Assembly: GCA_963674865.2 (NCBI GenBank)
Contig: CAXXYE010000009.1
Location: 384,001-448,000 of the forward strand
Length of the DNA: 64,000 nucleotides
From: Candidatus Hydrogenedentota bacterium
Lineage (GTDB): Bacteria; Hydrogenedentota; Hydrogenedentia; Hydrogenedentales; SLHB01
Direction: 5' to 3'
The position numbers and the translations under genes are program-made. The notes below the pieces were generated by a model that saw only the letters and a program-made list of their open reading frames with translations, did no database searches and was not told the origin of the DNA. Below are positions 50,729-60,091 of this stretch, piece by piece. Positions within the stretch are counted from its first letter, which is position 1; each line of letters opens with the position of its first letter.

Positions 50729-50818
50729 AACGCAGAGACGCAGAGCCCGCAGAGGTTCGCTGAGGGCTTCGACGCTATGTTGAGTCATCCTTTCCGGCTT
50801 TGGCGGCTTGGCGTGAGA
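50729..50818. repeat. Mosaic repeat locus E (short periodic triads)
   Basis: AACGCAGAGACGCAGAGCCCGCAGAGG resembles 34897-34930; CTTTCCGGCTTTGGCGGCTTGGCGTGAGA resembles the reverse complement of 37238-37264. Confidence 0.65.
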
Positions 50819-50988
50819 CAGAAAACCGGTTCCGCACCTACGAACTGAATTGATCCTATCTACTAGCTGCGCTATGGTCATGGACATGCAGGACGCGTGA
50901 CGCCGCGCGACACATTGCCGCGCTCGTGCAGAGAGTTGGCTTGCGCCTCCGCTCAGGCACTGCCTGAGCAGACTTGGGGGATGTCAGA

Positions 50989-52644
50989 ATGGCCGAGTGG
51001 TTCACTAGCCTGTCCACAGCGAACCAGATCGCCATTGCCGCGATAGTGGTTTCTGTGATCGTCGCGGCTATCGGCGAAGCAATCAAGCTCCTTCGCAAGA
51101 GCAACGGGGATGTAGTGCTTGATAGGCTCGTCACGGTGTCGAAGGAGGCCGGGCGATCTCAGGAGGAAAACAGGGCGTTAAGGGAAAGAGTCGCCAGACT
51201 TGAGTCAGCGTTGGCGCAGCCGCGACTGGAGGCGGATGCAACCGGCGAGCAGACTCCCCAGCCAACGCAGGAAGCGAGAGAACTGGCCGGCCTGATCACG
51301 GAGGATGACGGCCTGTACGCCCGCGCCTTGAAAGCCATTGCCGAAGGGCATGCCGGCCAAGCCGACGGCTTGCTCGATGAGGCACAGCAAGTCCTGGATG
51401 CCCTCCAGGAGGAGAAGAACCGAGCGCAGATCAAGCTATGGATGGCGCGCATCGACAACGCCCTCTACTCCGGCAAGCCGCGCGACGCTTTGCCGTGGTG
51501 CGATCGACTCACCCCGATTGCCGGTGCCGATGCGAGGATCCTGAGACGCTTGGGCATGGTGTACTACGAAAACGCGGCGTATGGAGAGGCGGAGCCTTTG
51601 ATGGTGCGTGCGCTCGCCATCGATGAGGGCAGTCTTGGGAAAGACCATCCGAACGTGGCTCGGGATCTAAACAATTTGGCGCAGTTGTATCACGCGACTA
51701 ATCGTTTGTCAGAGGCGGAGCCTTTGATGGTGCGCGCGCTCGCCATCGATGAGGCCAGTCTCGGGAAAAGCCATCCAAACGTGGCCATGCGACTTAGCAA
51801 CCTGGCGGGATTGTATCAAGATACGAATCGTCTGTTAGAAGCCGAGCCTTTGCTCGATCGCGCGCTGGCGATCGACGAAGCCAGTCTCGGGAAAAGCCAT
51901 CCCGAGGTGGCCATCCGACTAAACAACCTGGCGCAGTTGTACAAGGCGACGAATCGCATGACAGGGGCAGAGCCTTTGATGGTGCGTGCGCTCGCCATCG
52001 ATGAGGCAAGTTTTGGGAAAGAACATCCGAAGGTAGCCATCCGGCTCAACAACCTAGCGGGATTGTATGAGGCGACGAACCGGCTGTCGGAAGCAGAGCC
52101 TCTGATGGTGCGTGCGCTGGCCATCGATGAGGCGAGTCTCGGGAAAGACCATCCGAACGTAGCTCGGGATCTAAGCAACCTGGCGCAGTTATGCAAGGCA
52201 ACGACTCGCCTGTCGGAGGCGGAGCCTCTGATGGAGCGTGCGCTGGCCATCGATGAGGCGAGTCTCGGGAAAGAACATCCGGCTGTGGCCCGGGATCTGA
52301 ACAATCTGGCCGTGTTGTATCAAGATACGAATCGTCTCTCTGCAGCAGAGCCGTTGATGAAACGTGCGCTTTCGATAATTCAGGCAAGTCTCGGGGAGGA
52401 TCATCCCAACGTGGCCATTCCTCTGAACAATCTGGCGCACTTGTATAAGCTGACGAACCAGCTCGCCGCGGCTGTGCCATTGGTGCAACGTGCGCTGGCC
52501 ATTCTCGAAGCCAGCTTCGGCCCGGAGCATCCCGATACCATCACCGTTCGGAGCAACCTCGATGCCCTCCGCGCCGAAATGCGGGCGAAGGAAGAGGCGG
52601 CGGATTCCTCCGGGCCGCCCGCAGACGACGGGGTAGACGCGTAG
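50989..52644 (+). CDS. Membrane-anchored TPR protein with about eight 42-aa (kinesin-light-chain type) repeats
   Basis: N-terminal TM; repeated EAEPLMVRALAIDEASLGKxHPxVAxxLNNLAxLY at a 126-bp period. Confidence 0.92.
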   Translation: MAEWFTSLSTANQIAIAAIVVSVIVAAIGEAIKLLRKSNGDVVLDRLVTVSKEAGRSQEENRALRERVARLESALAQPRLEADATGEQTPQPTQEARELAGLITEDDGLYARALKAIAEGHAGQADGLLDEAQQVLDALQEEKNRAQIKLWMARIDNALYSGKPRDALPWCDRLTPIAGADARILRRLGMVYYENAAYGEAEPLMVRALAIDEGSLGKDHPNVARDLNNLAQLYHATNRLSEAEPLMVRALAIDEASLGKSHPNVAMRLSNLAGLYQDTNRLLEAEPLLDRALAIDEASLGKSHPEVAIRLNNLAQLYKATNRMTGAEPLMVRALAIDEASFGKEHPKVAIRLNNLAGLYEATNRLSEAEPLMVRALAIDEASLGKDHPNVARDLSNLAQLCKATTRLSEAEPLMERALAIDEASLGKEHPAVARDLNNLAVLYQDTNRLSAAEPLMKRALSIIQASLGEDHPNVAIPLNNLAHLYKLTNQLAAAVPLVQRALAILEASFGPEHPDTITVRSNLDALRAEMRAKEEAADSSGPPADDGVDA

Positions 52645-52749
52645 GCCCTCGTTCGTCACTCGAACCATCTTATCTGCGGAGGGCTGCATTCAGCGCCTCC
52701 GCCCGGGCGTGAATACCAAGCTGCGTCAGCTATCCCGAAAGCACCGCGG

Positions 52750-53205
52750 AGCGCCTGGCCGTGTGCAACGACTTGGCCTGAGAAGGCCCCCTGAGACAAA
52801 TCGGGCGGTGTTAGCGATGGGTCGGGTCGGTGGCGGGGAGGAGAATTCTAGCCACAGATGGACACAGATGAACGCAGATGGGGAAGGGTTGTCTTGACGG
52901 GATTCACAGGATTGGGATAGGAGGATTGCAGATTTGAGATAGCAGATCTCAGAGCAAGACTCCGGGCGCCTTTGGTGTGTATAGCCACGGATGGACACGG
53001 ATGAACGCCGATGGGGAAGGGTCCTTTTGACAGGATGAACGGGATTGGGATAGGAGGATTGCAGATCTGAGATAGCAGATCTCAGAGCAAGATTCTGGAC
53101 GCCTTTGGTGTGTATAGCCTCGGATGGACACCGGTGGACGCAGATGGGGAAGGATGTGGTCAAGCTGAGGCTGAGACTCCGAACACGTCGTGGGCGTGAG
53201 ATCGT
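52750..53205. repeat. Mosaic repeat locus C with 2.3 tandem copies of a 133-bp unit
   Basis: TAGCCwCrGATGGACAC starts at 52849, 52982 and 53115; the whole locus is an inverted relative of 29685-29950. Confidence 0.92.
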
Positions 53206-53320
53206 GTGGATGCGTTGCGGGATTGCGGGAGGAGGAAGCGTTGTCGCAGGTTCTGTGGCTTGGAGTGCGTGCTATACTCGCCTCGTAACGAGCTCTTGAC
53301 GTGTTTCAGGGAGAGGTGAT

Positions 53321-54709
53321 TTGGCGCGGGCGTGCGGAGCATTGGTGGAAGACGTGGCGGGGATGATCCGCCTACACGGCATGATCCGCGAGGGAGAAAA
53401 AGTGCTCGTAGCCGTGTCGGGCGGGGCGGACTCGGTGTGTCTCCTGCATGTGCTGCACGACCTCGGCTACGCGGTCGAGGTGGGCCATTTCGATCACCAG
53501 ACGCGGGGCGGCGAGAGCGCCGTGGACGCCGTGTTTGTCCGAGAACTGGCCGAAGGGCTTGGACTACCTTGTCACACGGCGAGCCGGCCTATCGCGGATG
53601 AGGCGGCGGAGACGGCCTTGTCGTTCGAGGAATACGCGCGGCAGGCGCGGTATACGTTCCTTGTGGAAACGGCCGCGAAAGCGGGATGCGCGGCGTTGGC
53701 AACTGCCCACCACGCGGACGATCAGGCGGAAACGGTGCTGATGCGGGTCTTACGCGGCACGAGTCCCCGGGGGTTGGCGGGCATCCCGCCGGTTCGAGAT
53801 GAAGGTGGAATTCGCATCATCCGCCCGCTCGTGGGATGTTCGCGGGCGGAGATTCTCTCGTACATGGACGCCCATGAGCTGGCCTACCGGACGGACAGAA
53901 CGAACGCCGACACGCGCGTTCCTCGCAACAAGGTGCGCCGTGAACTCCTGCCGCGGCTTGCGCGCGAGCACAATCCGCAGGTGCGGGAGGCGTTGTGCCG
54001 GCTTGCGGAGTCGCAGCGTGTTGAGAACGCGTTCGTGCAGGCGGCGGCGGATGCCTTTCTCGGGGACTGTCTTGAGGGCGAAGGCAAGGTGAACCGGCAG
54101 AAGTTCCGCGAGGGGGATGCCGCTTTGCAGCACCGGGCCATACTCGAATTGGGCTGGCGGCATGGGGTGGATTGCCCGATGACGCGTGTGAGCGGCGCGG
54201 CGACGTTCATCTGCGAAGGAGGCGCGGGCCAGGCGTTCGATCTTGGGGGCGGCGTCCTCTTGCGAAACGGTCGCGCGTCCACGGCTATTGAGGCGGGCCG
54301 GCCGCCCTTGGATGATCGCGCTGTTCCCCTGGCCGTGCCGGGCGAGTCGGCGGCGCATGGCAAGGCGTTCCGCGTGCGTATGCTCGACGCCCGGCCGGCG
54401 GCGGATCTTGCCGCGTACTGCTCGCCGAGCCGCCAGGTGTTCGACGCAGCAGCGCTGGGGGCTGACGTCGTCGTGCGGCGTCGGCGGCCGGGCGATCGCT
54501 TCACGCCGCTGGGTATGTCGGGCACAAAGAAGCTAAAGGATTACTTCGTGGACGCGGGCGTCGCCGTGTGGGAGCGGGATCTCAGTCTGTTGCTCGTGGC
54601 GGGCGGCCGGATTGCGTGGATCGTGGGAGGCGCGGTGAGCGCCCACGTTGCGGGCGGGCCGGAGACAAGCCGATGGATCGAGGTCGAGGTAGTCGATGCA
54701 GTTGAGTGA
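53321..54709 (+). CDS. tilS: tRNA(Ile)-lysidine synthetase
   Basis: AVSGGADS, ARQARY, AHHADDQAET, IRPL, RNKVR, KKLKDYF. Confidence 0.95.
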   Translation: MARACGALVEDVAGMIRLHGMIREGEKVLVAVSGGADSVCLLHVLHDLGYAVEVGHFDHQTRGGESAVDAVFVRELAEGLGLPCHTASRPIADEAAETALSFEEYARQARYTFLVETAAKAGCAALATAHHADDQAETVLMRVLRGTSPRGLAGIPPVRDEGGIRIIRPLVGCSRAEILSYMDAHELAYRTDRTNADTRVPRNKVRRELLPRLAREHNPQVREALCRLAESQRVENAFVQAAADAFLGDCLEGEGKVNRQKFREGDAALQHRAILELGWRHGVDCPMTRVSGAATFICEGGAGQAFDLGGGVLLRNGRASTAIEAGRPPLDDRAVPLAVPGESAAHGKAFRVRMLDARPAADLAAYCSPSRQVFDAAALGADVVVRRRRPGDRFTPLGMSGTKKLKDYFVDAGVAVWERDLSLLLVAGGRIAWIVGGAVSAHVAGGPETSRWIEVEVVDAVE

Positions 54710-55217
54710 AGAGCCTTTGATTGATGCACGCGCCATCGCGGCGCGCGTGATGGAACTGGGCCGCGAGGTCTCGCGAGATTTCGCTGAGGGCGATCTGGTG
54801 ATCGTGCCGGTGTTGAAAGGCGGGGCGGTGTTCGCAGCGGATCTGATGCGGCGGCTCACCGTGCCGGTGCGGGTGGAATATGTCTCGGCGCGGAGTTACG
54901 AGGGAACGGCGTCGACGGGGAGCGTATCGTTATCCATGCCGCCGGCGGAGGCGGTGGCCGGCAAGAATGTGCTGATTGTCGAGGACATCCTCGATACCGG
55001 GCGGACGACCTCGGATATTCTCGCGCGGATGCAGGTGCACGAGCCTGCCCGTGTCGCGCTGTGCGTGCTTCTCAACAAGCCGGGACGCCGCGAGGTGGAA
55101 GTCTGCGCCGACTACGTAGGCTTCACCATCGAGGACGTGTTCGTGGTGGGATACGGGCTGGACTACGAAGAGCGCTATCGTGAGCTGCCGTCCGTACACG
55201 TGATCGAGGAGGTTTAG
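54696..55217 (+). CDS. hpt: Hypoxanthine phosphoribosyltransferase
   Basis: VLKGG, VLIVEDILDTGRT, FVVGYGLDY; overlaps the end of tilS. Confidence 0.95.
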   Translation: MQLSEEPLIDARAIAARVMELGREVSRDFAEGDLVIVPVLKGGAVFAADLMRRLTVPVRVEYVSARSYEGTASTGSVSLSMPPAEAVAGKNVLIVEDILDTGRTTSDILARMQVHEPARVALCVLLNKPGRREVEVCADYVGFTIEDVFVVGYGLDYEERYRELPSVHVIEEV

Positions 55218-55222
55218 GAAAT

Positions 55223-55282
55223 CAGGGACAGTCCCGTCTGCGTCCGCCTGCGGCGGACTCCGCTTGGGACAGTCCCCATTTT
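55223..55282. repeat. REP-like palindromic element (GGGAC family)
   Basis: GGGACAGTCCC at 55225 and 55266 flanking GTCT...CTCCGCTT; related to 62024-62069. Confidence 0.7.
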
Positions 55283-55332
55283 CCGTCTCTTTGTGGCTTC
55301 CTCTTGTTCAGTACAGACGGTTCAACTTTGAC

Positions 55333-56184
55333 TCATTGCGTTAGCTCGACAGGCTTGACGGTTCCGCCGCGCGTCAACAGGATCACGTCGTTTCCCGACT
55401 CGATGTACTTGGAGACGCTTAGAACACGGTGCTCCAAGGTCATGGCCTGCTGTTCCGCATAGCGCTTGGCCGCGTCGGCGTCGTCAAAGACCTCGATGTG
55501 GATGTTGTCGAATTCATCGAAGCGGCGTCGTAGATCGCGGCCCAAGCCGATGAGGTCGTCGTCGGTAGCGTCTTGGGATACGAGAATCACCTGCGCCTTC
55601 AGGGAAACGGCGCCCTCGCCGAGTTTCGCGGCTTGCTCGGGCGTGCGGCCCCATTCGGCGATGACTTGTTGCCAGAACTGGCCCGCCGGCACCGGGGGCA
55701 TGGCGTCGGGGGGCGCCAGCTCGGGCGATAATGCAGGCGGCGCAGGTTCAGGCATGGGCGCGGGGGCTTCCGGCTGCGGCGGCGGAAATGCGTCATCGAA
55801 CTCGGGCCTGGGAATCCACAAGCCTTCGGGTGTTTGTCTCGGCGCGGACAGCGCATGCAGGCGGGCAATCTCCTCGCGCAAGAGGGTGTTCTGGGCGCGG
55901 AGTTCTTCAAGCAGATTGTCGACATAGATGTCGAGTACGTCTCTCATTTCCCGGACTTCGCCGCGCAATGCGTCGAGTTCGGCCAGGACTTCATCCATTT
56001 GTCTCGGTGCTTCGGCGGGCGGCTGCTCAGGCGGGGCCGGAAGGACTGCCGCCACGGCAGGGCCCTTGCCCGGGAGAGGCGGCGGTTCGACGGTTGCGCT
56101 CCCGGTGTTTTCGCCCTGAGGGAGCGTACACGTCGCCAACATCATCACCATCAGGGAGAACGCGTAGCGCTGAGATCGTCGCAT
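55333..56184 (-). CDS. Hypothetical Pro-rich lipoprotein with coiled coil
   Basis: Lipobox-like MLATC, Pro-rich linkers, heptad segment, globular C-terminus. Confidence 0.7.
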   Translation of the reverse strand: MRRSQRYAFSLMVMMLATCTLPQGENTGSATVEPPPLPGKGPAVAAVLPAPPEQPPAEAPRQMDEVLAELDALRGEVREMRDVLDIYVDNLLEELRAQNTLLREEIARLHALSAPRQTPEGLWIPRPEFDDAFPPPQPEAPAPMPEPAPPALSPELAPPDAMPPVPAGQFWQQVIAEWGRTPEQAAKLGEGAVSLKAQVILVSQDATDDDLIGLGRDLRRRFDEFDNIHIEVFDDADAAKRYAEQQAMTLEHRVLSVSKYIESGNDVILLTRGGTVKPVELTQ

Positions 56185-56339
56185 CACAGAAGGTCCTTGG
56201 GCCTGACCCGGTTGGTTCTTTTCGCTCGAGAGAGCTTCAATCATACCACGGGGGAGGACGTCATGGCGCGTGTCTGTTGACCCCCGGGCATTATATCCCC
56301 TGTTGGCGTTCGCATAAGGGAAAACGGTTGAAGATGGGA

Positions 56340-57665
56340 CTATTCAAGCAGACGGCGGCGGTCTTTGCAGGTGGGGGCGCCACCAGCCGCGCTCGTTTGA
56401 AGGTGTCTCAGGTATTGGAGCAAGTTCTCTTGGGCGGTAAGGTCGCGAGGCGACGCGGGCGGAGCATTGACGCCGAGTCGTTGCATGAGTAGGGCGATGG
56501 CCGCGAACATTTCTTGGCGGGGGAAGCCGTGTCCTTCGAGGAAGTGGATGAGCTTGATGGTGCGGAATCCGTCAAACCACCTCAGAAACTGAGCATGTAG
56601 CGCGGCGGCATCGCGGGCATTGGCGCGGAGCTTTTCCCAAACGCGGGGGAATTCCTGTTCCTCGAGGAATAGCCGCAAGGCGGGCGCAATGCCACCGGCA
56701 GAGCCAAGTAGTTCATCAGCCAGCCTGTCGAGATTGGCGGCGACGTGGTTGAGCCAGTCTTTGAGGATTTCGTAGCCGTCGGGATGATACAGGCGGTACT
56801 CGTCCTGCGCGGCATCGAGGAAGCGGCGCACGCGCGGGCCTGTTCCAAAGGGAACGCGTTCCGATGGGCGCGGACTTGGGAACACGGTGGTCGAGGTTAT
56901 CTCCTCGACGCCGCCTGTTTTGGCGAGTTGCTGGAGGAAGTAGAAATCCTCGCCTCCCTGGCGGCGATTCATGCCTGAGACGGCGGCATAGGCCTCGGCG
57001 CGGCAGGCGATGGTGGAGCCGATGGCATGGAAGGCGTATGGGGAGCGGGCGTAGCGCAGGCCGAGCACGTGGTAGCGCAGGTAGAGTTCGTAGCAGAGGA
57101 TGGCGGCGCGTTCGCGATCCGTGCCTTCCAGCGGGTGGGCATAGGAGATTACACCGGCCCAGGTATTGCGCTCCTCGAACCAGCGGCGTACGGCGCGGAG
57201 ATAGCCCGGCTCGACGCGGGTGTCAGCATCGAGCGAGAACAGGAGCCTCACGTGGGAGCGTGACTCGCGGAGGACGGCGAGGCCGTGGTCCATGCCGATT
57301 TTTCGCGCGAGGCCGACGCCGTCCTTCGGGCCGAACTCGCGGCCGGGCGAGGCCGCATCGACATAGGCGAGGCGAAGTCCGGTGTCGGCGCCGGACATCG
57401 CACGCAGCTTGGCTAGAGTGCGCTGGTTGTCGTCGGCCCAGGCCTGGGGGGCATCGGCGCGTTGGTTCACCACACAGATAACGAGCGTGTGGGCGAGGTC
57501 GGTGGACGGATTGAGGGCAAGGGAGTCGAGCGTGTCGAACAGGTGGGCGTGTTCGGCCAGGGCGGGAATGACGACCACCTGGTCGATATCGGTAAGGGAA
57601 CGGGCGATCAACGGCCGTGAGGCAAGGTCGGCGCGCTTGTCGAGGTAGGCATCGATGGGGGCCAT
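56340..57665 (-). CDS. GT-A fold (family 2-like) glycosyltransferase
   Basis: VVIPALAE, GVGLARKIG, SLDADT (DxD), GEDFYF. Confidence 0.75.
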   Translation of the reverse strand: MAPIDAYLDKRADLASRPLIARSLTDIDQVVVIPALAEHAHLFDTLDSLALNPSTDLAHTLVICVVNQRADAPQAWADDNQRTLAKLRAMSGADTGLRLAYVDAASPGREFGPKDGVGLARKIGMDHGLAVLRESRSHVRLLFSLDADTRVEPGYLRAVRRWFEERNTWAGVISYAHPLEGTDRERAAILCYELYLRYHVLGLRYARSPYAFHAIGSTIACRAEAYAAVSGMNRRQGGEDFYFLQQLAKTGGVEEITSTTVFPSPRPSERVPFGTGPRVRRFLDAAQDEYRLYHPDGYEILKDWLNHVAANLDRLADELLGSAGGIAPALRLFLEEQEFPRVWEKLRANARDAAALHAQFLRWFDGFRTIKLIHFLEGHGFPRQEMFAAIALLMQRLGVNAPPASPRDLTAQENLLQYLRHLQTSAAGGAPTCKDRRRLLE

Positions 57666-57675
57666 GTTCCTTCGA

Positions 57676-58611
57676 TCACCCTTCACGGATGGGTTTTCCA
57701 AGCGCGTGTTCGAGTATTGGACTCGCCGCACGAAAATCCGCGCGGTCGATCCAGTGGATCGTGAAGCCGCGCCGCTCCATCCGGCGAAACCAAGTCTCCT
57801 GGCGTTTGGCAAACTGGCCGATGGCGATGGCGAGCTTGTCGAACAGTTCGGTGCGCGAGCGCATTTCGCCGCGAAGGAAGCTGGCGACATATCGATACTC
57901 GAGGCCCAGGAAGTCGAGCTTGTCCCATGCCGTGCCCTTAGCCAACAGGCCCTCGACTTCCTCGATCAGGCCGTGCGCGAGGCGCACGGCCAGCCGCTCG
58001 CGGAGGCGGCGCCGGAGTTCCTGGCGCGGCCAGCGCGTGCCGAGAATGAGGGGCCGGATATCGGGGGCGGGCGGCGGCTCATGCGCCTGCGAGAATTCGG
58101 CGATCTCGATGGCGCGGATGAGGCGGTCGCGGTCGCGTAGGTCGGACACGTTGTGCACGCGGCCCTTCAGTTCGAGAAGACGGGCGGCCAGATCCTCCAT
58201 GGGCTTTGAGGCCAACGCGGCCCGCAATTCGGGATTCTCCGGCACTTCCACCATGCGGTAGTCTTTCAGGACGGCCTCGATATAGAGGCCCGTGCCGCCT
58301 ACAACCACGGGGAGGACGTTGCGGGCGGCGAGGTCCTCGAACACGGTGTAGAACCGCTGCTGGTAAGCGAAGACGCTGAACTCCTCGTCCAGGTCGCAGA
58401 TATCGATCAGGTGGTAGGGGACGCGGGCGCCGTCGATGTCGTACTCGGCGAGATCTTTCCCCGCGCCGATGTCGAGGCCGCGGTACACCTGGCGCGAATC
58501 GGCGGATACGATCTCGCCGCCGTAGGCGTGGGCGACGCGCACGCCCAGCCGGGTCTTGCCCGAAGCCGTGGGGCCGAGGATAACCACGAGATTGACGCTG
58601 TCCTGAACCAT
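57676..58611 (-). CDS. miaA: tRNA dimethylallyltransferase
   Basis: GPTASGKT, SADSRQVYRGLDIG, VGGTGLY, FAKRQETWF. Confidence 0.95.
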   Translation of the reverse strand: MVQDSVNLVVILGPTASGKTRLGVRVAHAYGGEIVSADSRQVYRGLDIGAGKDLAEYDIDGARVPYHLIDICDLDEEFSVFAYQQRFYTVFEDLAARNVLPVVVGGTGLYIEAVLKDYRMVEVPENPELRAALASKPMEDLAARLLELKGRVHNVSDLRDRDRLIRAIEIAEFSQAHEPPPAPDIRPLILGTRWPRQELRRRLRERLAVRLAHGLIEEVEGLLAKGTAWDKLDFLGLEYRYVASFLRGEMRSRTELFDKLAIAIGQFAKRQETWFRRMERRGFTIHWIDRADFRAASPILEHALGKPIREG

Positions 58612-58849
58612 GGGGGAATAATACGCGGCCACGCGGATGACGTCGAACTTCATCGCCGGTGGCCGGTGATCGAGAATGCTCACACTTCCTACCATTCACA
58701 GAAGGGATGGGCTACAATGCGCCCCGCCGTCCGGGCCGCGGGCCTTGGGCTTGTGTCTCCGGGGGGCTTTCGGAACGGAGCTGGCACGTGCAGCGTTTCT
58801 CCTTGATGGCTTTGGCACAATGCGATGCAAGCAAGAAAAGGAAGGACTT

Positions 58850-60001
58850 ATGCAGGCAAAACAGGGGAAGGCAAAATCGACGGCTTCTCGAACCATCCGA
58901 ACTTCCCGCGCGGTGAGTCGCGGCTATTGCGTCCGCGAATTCGATCGCCGGAAGATGGGGGTGGAGGCTACGCAGGATGAGGGCGTGATGGCCGAGGAGG
59001 CCAAGAAGTACGACATCCATTTTACGGGCGTCGCCTACGACAAGCGCTATCCCGTGGTGTGGTGCGGCTTCACGAGCTTCATCGGGGATCTCTTGTGGAC
59101 GTTCGATCCGAAGACGAAGAAGTTCAAGTCGAAGGGCTTCATGCCGCTCAGAGAGAAGGAGGAGGTCAAGATCCATCGGGGCCTTCAGGTGGGGCCGGAT
59201 GGGAATCTCTATTTCGGTACGGCGTCTCTTGTGGACGTCAAGCAGCGCGCGGAAGCGCCGGGCGGGCGTCTGTTCCGCTACGATCCGCGGAAGGACGCGT
59301 ACGAGTTTCTGGGGCGTCCCGTCGCGCACGATTACGTTCAGAATATCGACGTGGATCACGAGCGCGGCATCATTTACGGGGCAACCTTTCCGTGCGGGCA
59401 TTTCTTCGGGTGGGATATCGAAAAGCGGAAGCTCCTGTTTAATGAGTATATCGCGCACTGGCCGCATCAAGTCTGTGTTGATGATGACGGGTGTTGCTGG
59501 TCGGCCTACGCGCAGTATCCCGGGGTGGAGCGGATCTTCCTGCTCAAGTACAGTCCGAAGAGCAAGAAGGTGACGTGGACGGATGTGGCCATTCCGGGCG
59601 ATGATGAGAAGCGTGACACCTATATCGACAGTTTCGTAAACGGCGGCAATGGATTTCTCTACATGGGCACTGGCACGGGGGCTTTGTTGCGCCTCGATCC
59701 GCGAAAGACGCGTATCGACATGATCGCCAAACCTGCGGCGAGCGTGGGATTCGGCGCGCTCAGCCAGCCCACGAGGGGCAAGCTCTACGGCATCGCGGGG
59801 AAGTACATCACAAGCGAGGTCTTCTCCTACGACCTCGCGACGGGCGATATGGTGTCGTACGGCCCCGCCTATGACGCCAAGCGGAAGACGACGATCTGCC
59901 GGCCTCACGAGTTGGTGCTTGGGCCGAACCGGTGTCTGTATTGTCCCGAGACGGATAATTTCGAGCGGCAGTGTTACTTCTGGGAGATCCAACTGAAATA
60001 A
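58850..60001 (+). CDS. Hypothetical beta-propeller protein
   Basis: Repeated beta-rich blades ([29 protein letters not shown]); start 58850 (strong RBS) or 58988. Confidence 0.65.
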   Translation: MQAKQGKAKSTASRTIRTSRAVSRGYCVREFDRRKMGVEATQDEGVMAEEAKKYDIHFTGVAYDKRYPVVWCGFTSFIGDLLWTFDPKTKKFKSKGFMPLREKEEVKIHRGLQVGPDGNLYFGTASLVDVKQRAEAPGGRLFRYDPRKDAYEFLGRPVAHDYVQNIDVDHERGIIYGATFPCGHFFGWDIEKRKLLFNEYIAHWPHQVCVDDDGCCWSAYAQYPGVERIFLLKYSPKSKKVTWTDVAIPGDDEKRDTYIDSFVNGGNGFLYMGTGTGALLRLDPRKTRIDMIAKPAASVGFGALSQPTRGKLYGIAGKYITSEVFSYDLATGDMVSYGPAYDAKRKTTICRPHELVLGPNRCLYCPETDNFERQCYFWEIQLK

Positions 60002-60032
60002 TGGCGTTCAGGTTGTTGAGTGCTACTAGCAT

Positions 60033-60091
60033 CTGGGGACACGTGGTTGGCCCGAACTTGGAGAAGTCCGGCGGTCGGTACGTGTCCCCAG
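60033..60091. repeat. Palindromic element (GGGAC family)
   Basis: CTGGGGACACGT...ACGTGTCCCCAG perfect 12-bp inverted repeat. Confidence 0.7.

Noticed and set aside
51580..52575. Diversity-generating retroelement TR/VR pair
   Set aside because: These are in-frame protein repeats, differences are not adenine-specific, and there is no reverse transcriptase in the window
52849..53155. CRISPR array
   Set aside because: The sequence between the repeated triads is itself repeated, so there are no unique spacers; the 133-bp period is too long; no cas genes are present
58813..58829. Sigma-54 promoter TGGCACAATGCGATGCA
   Set aside because: GG-to-GC spacing is 11 rather than the required 10
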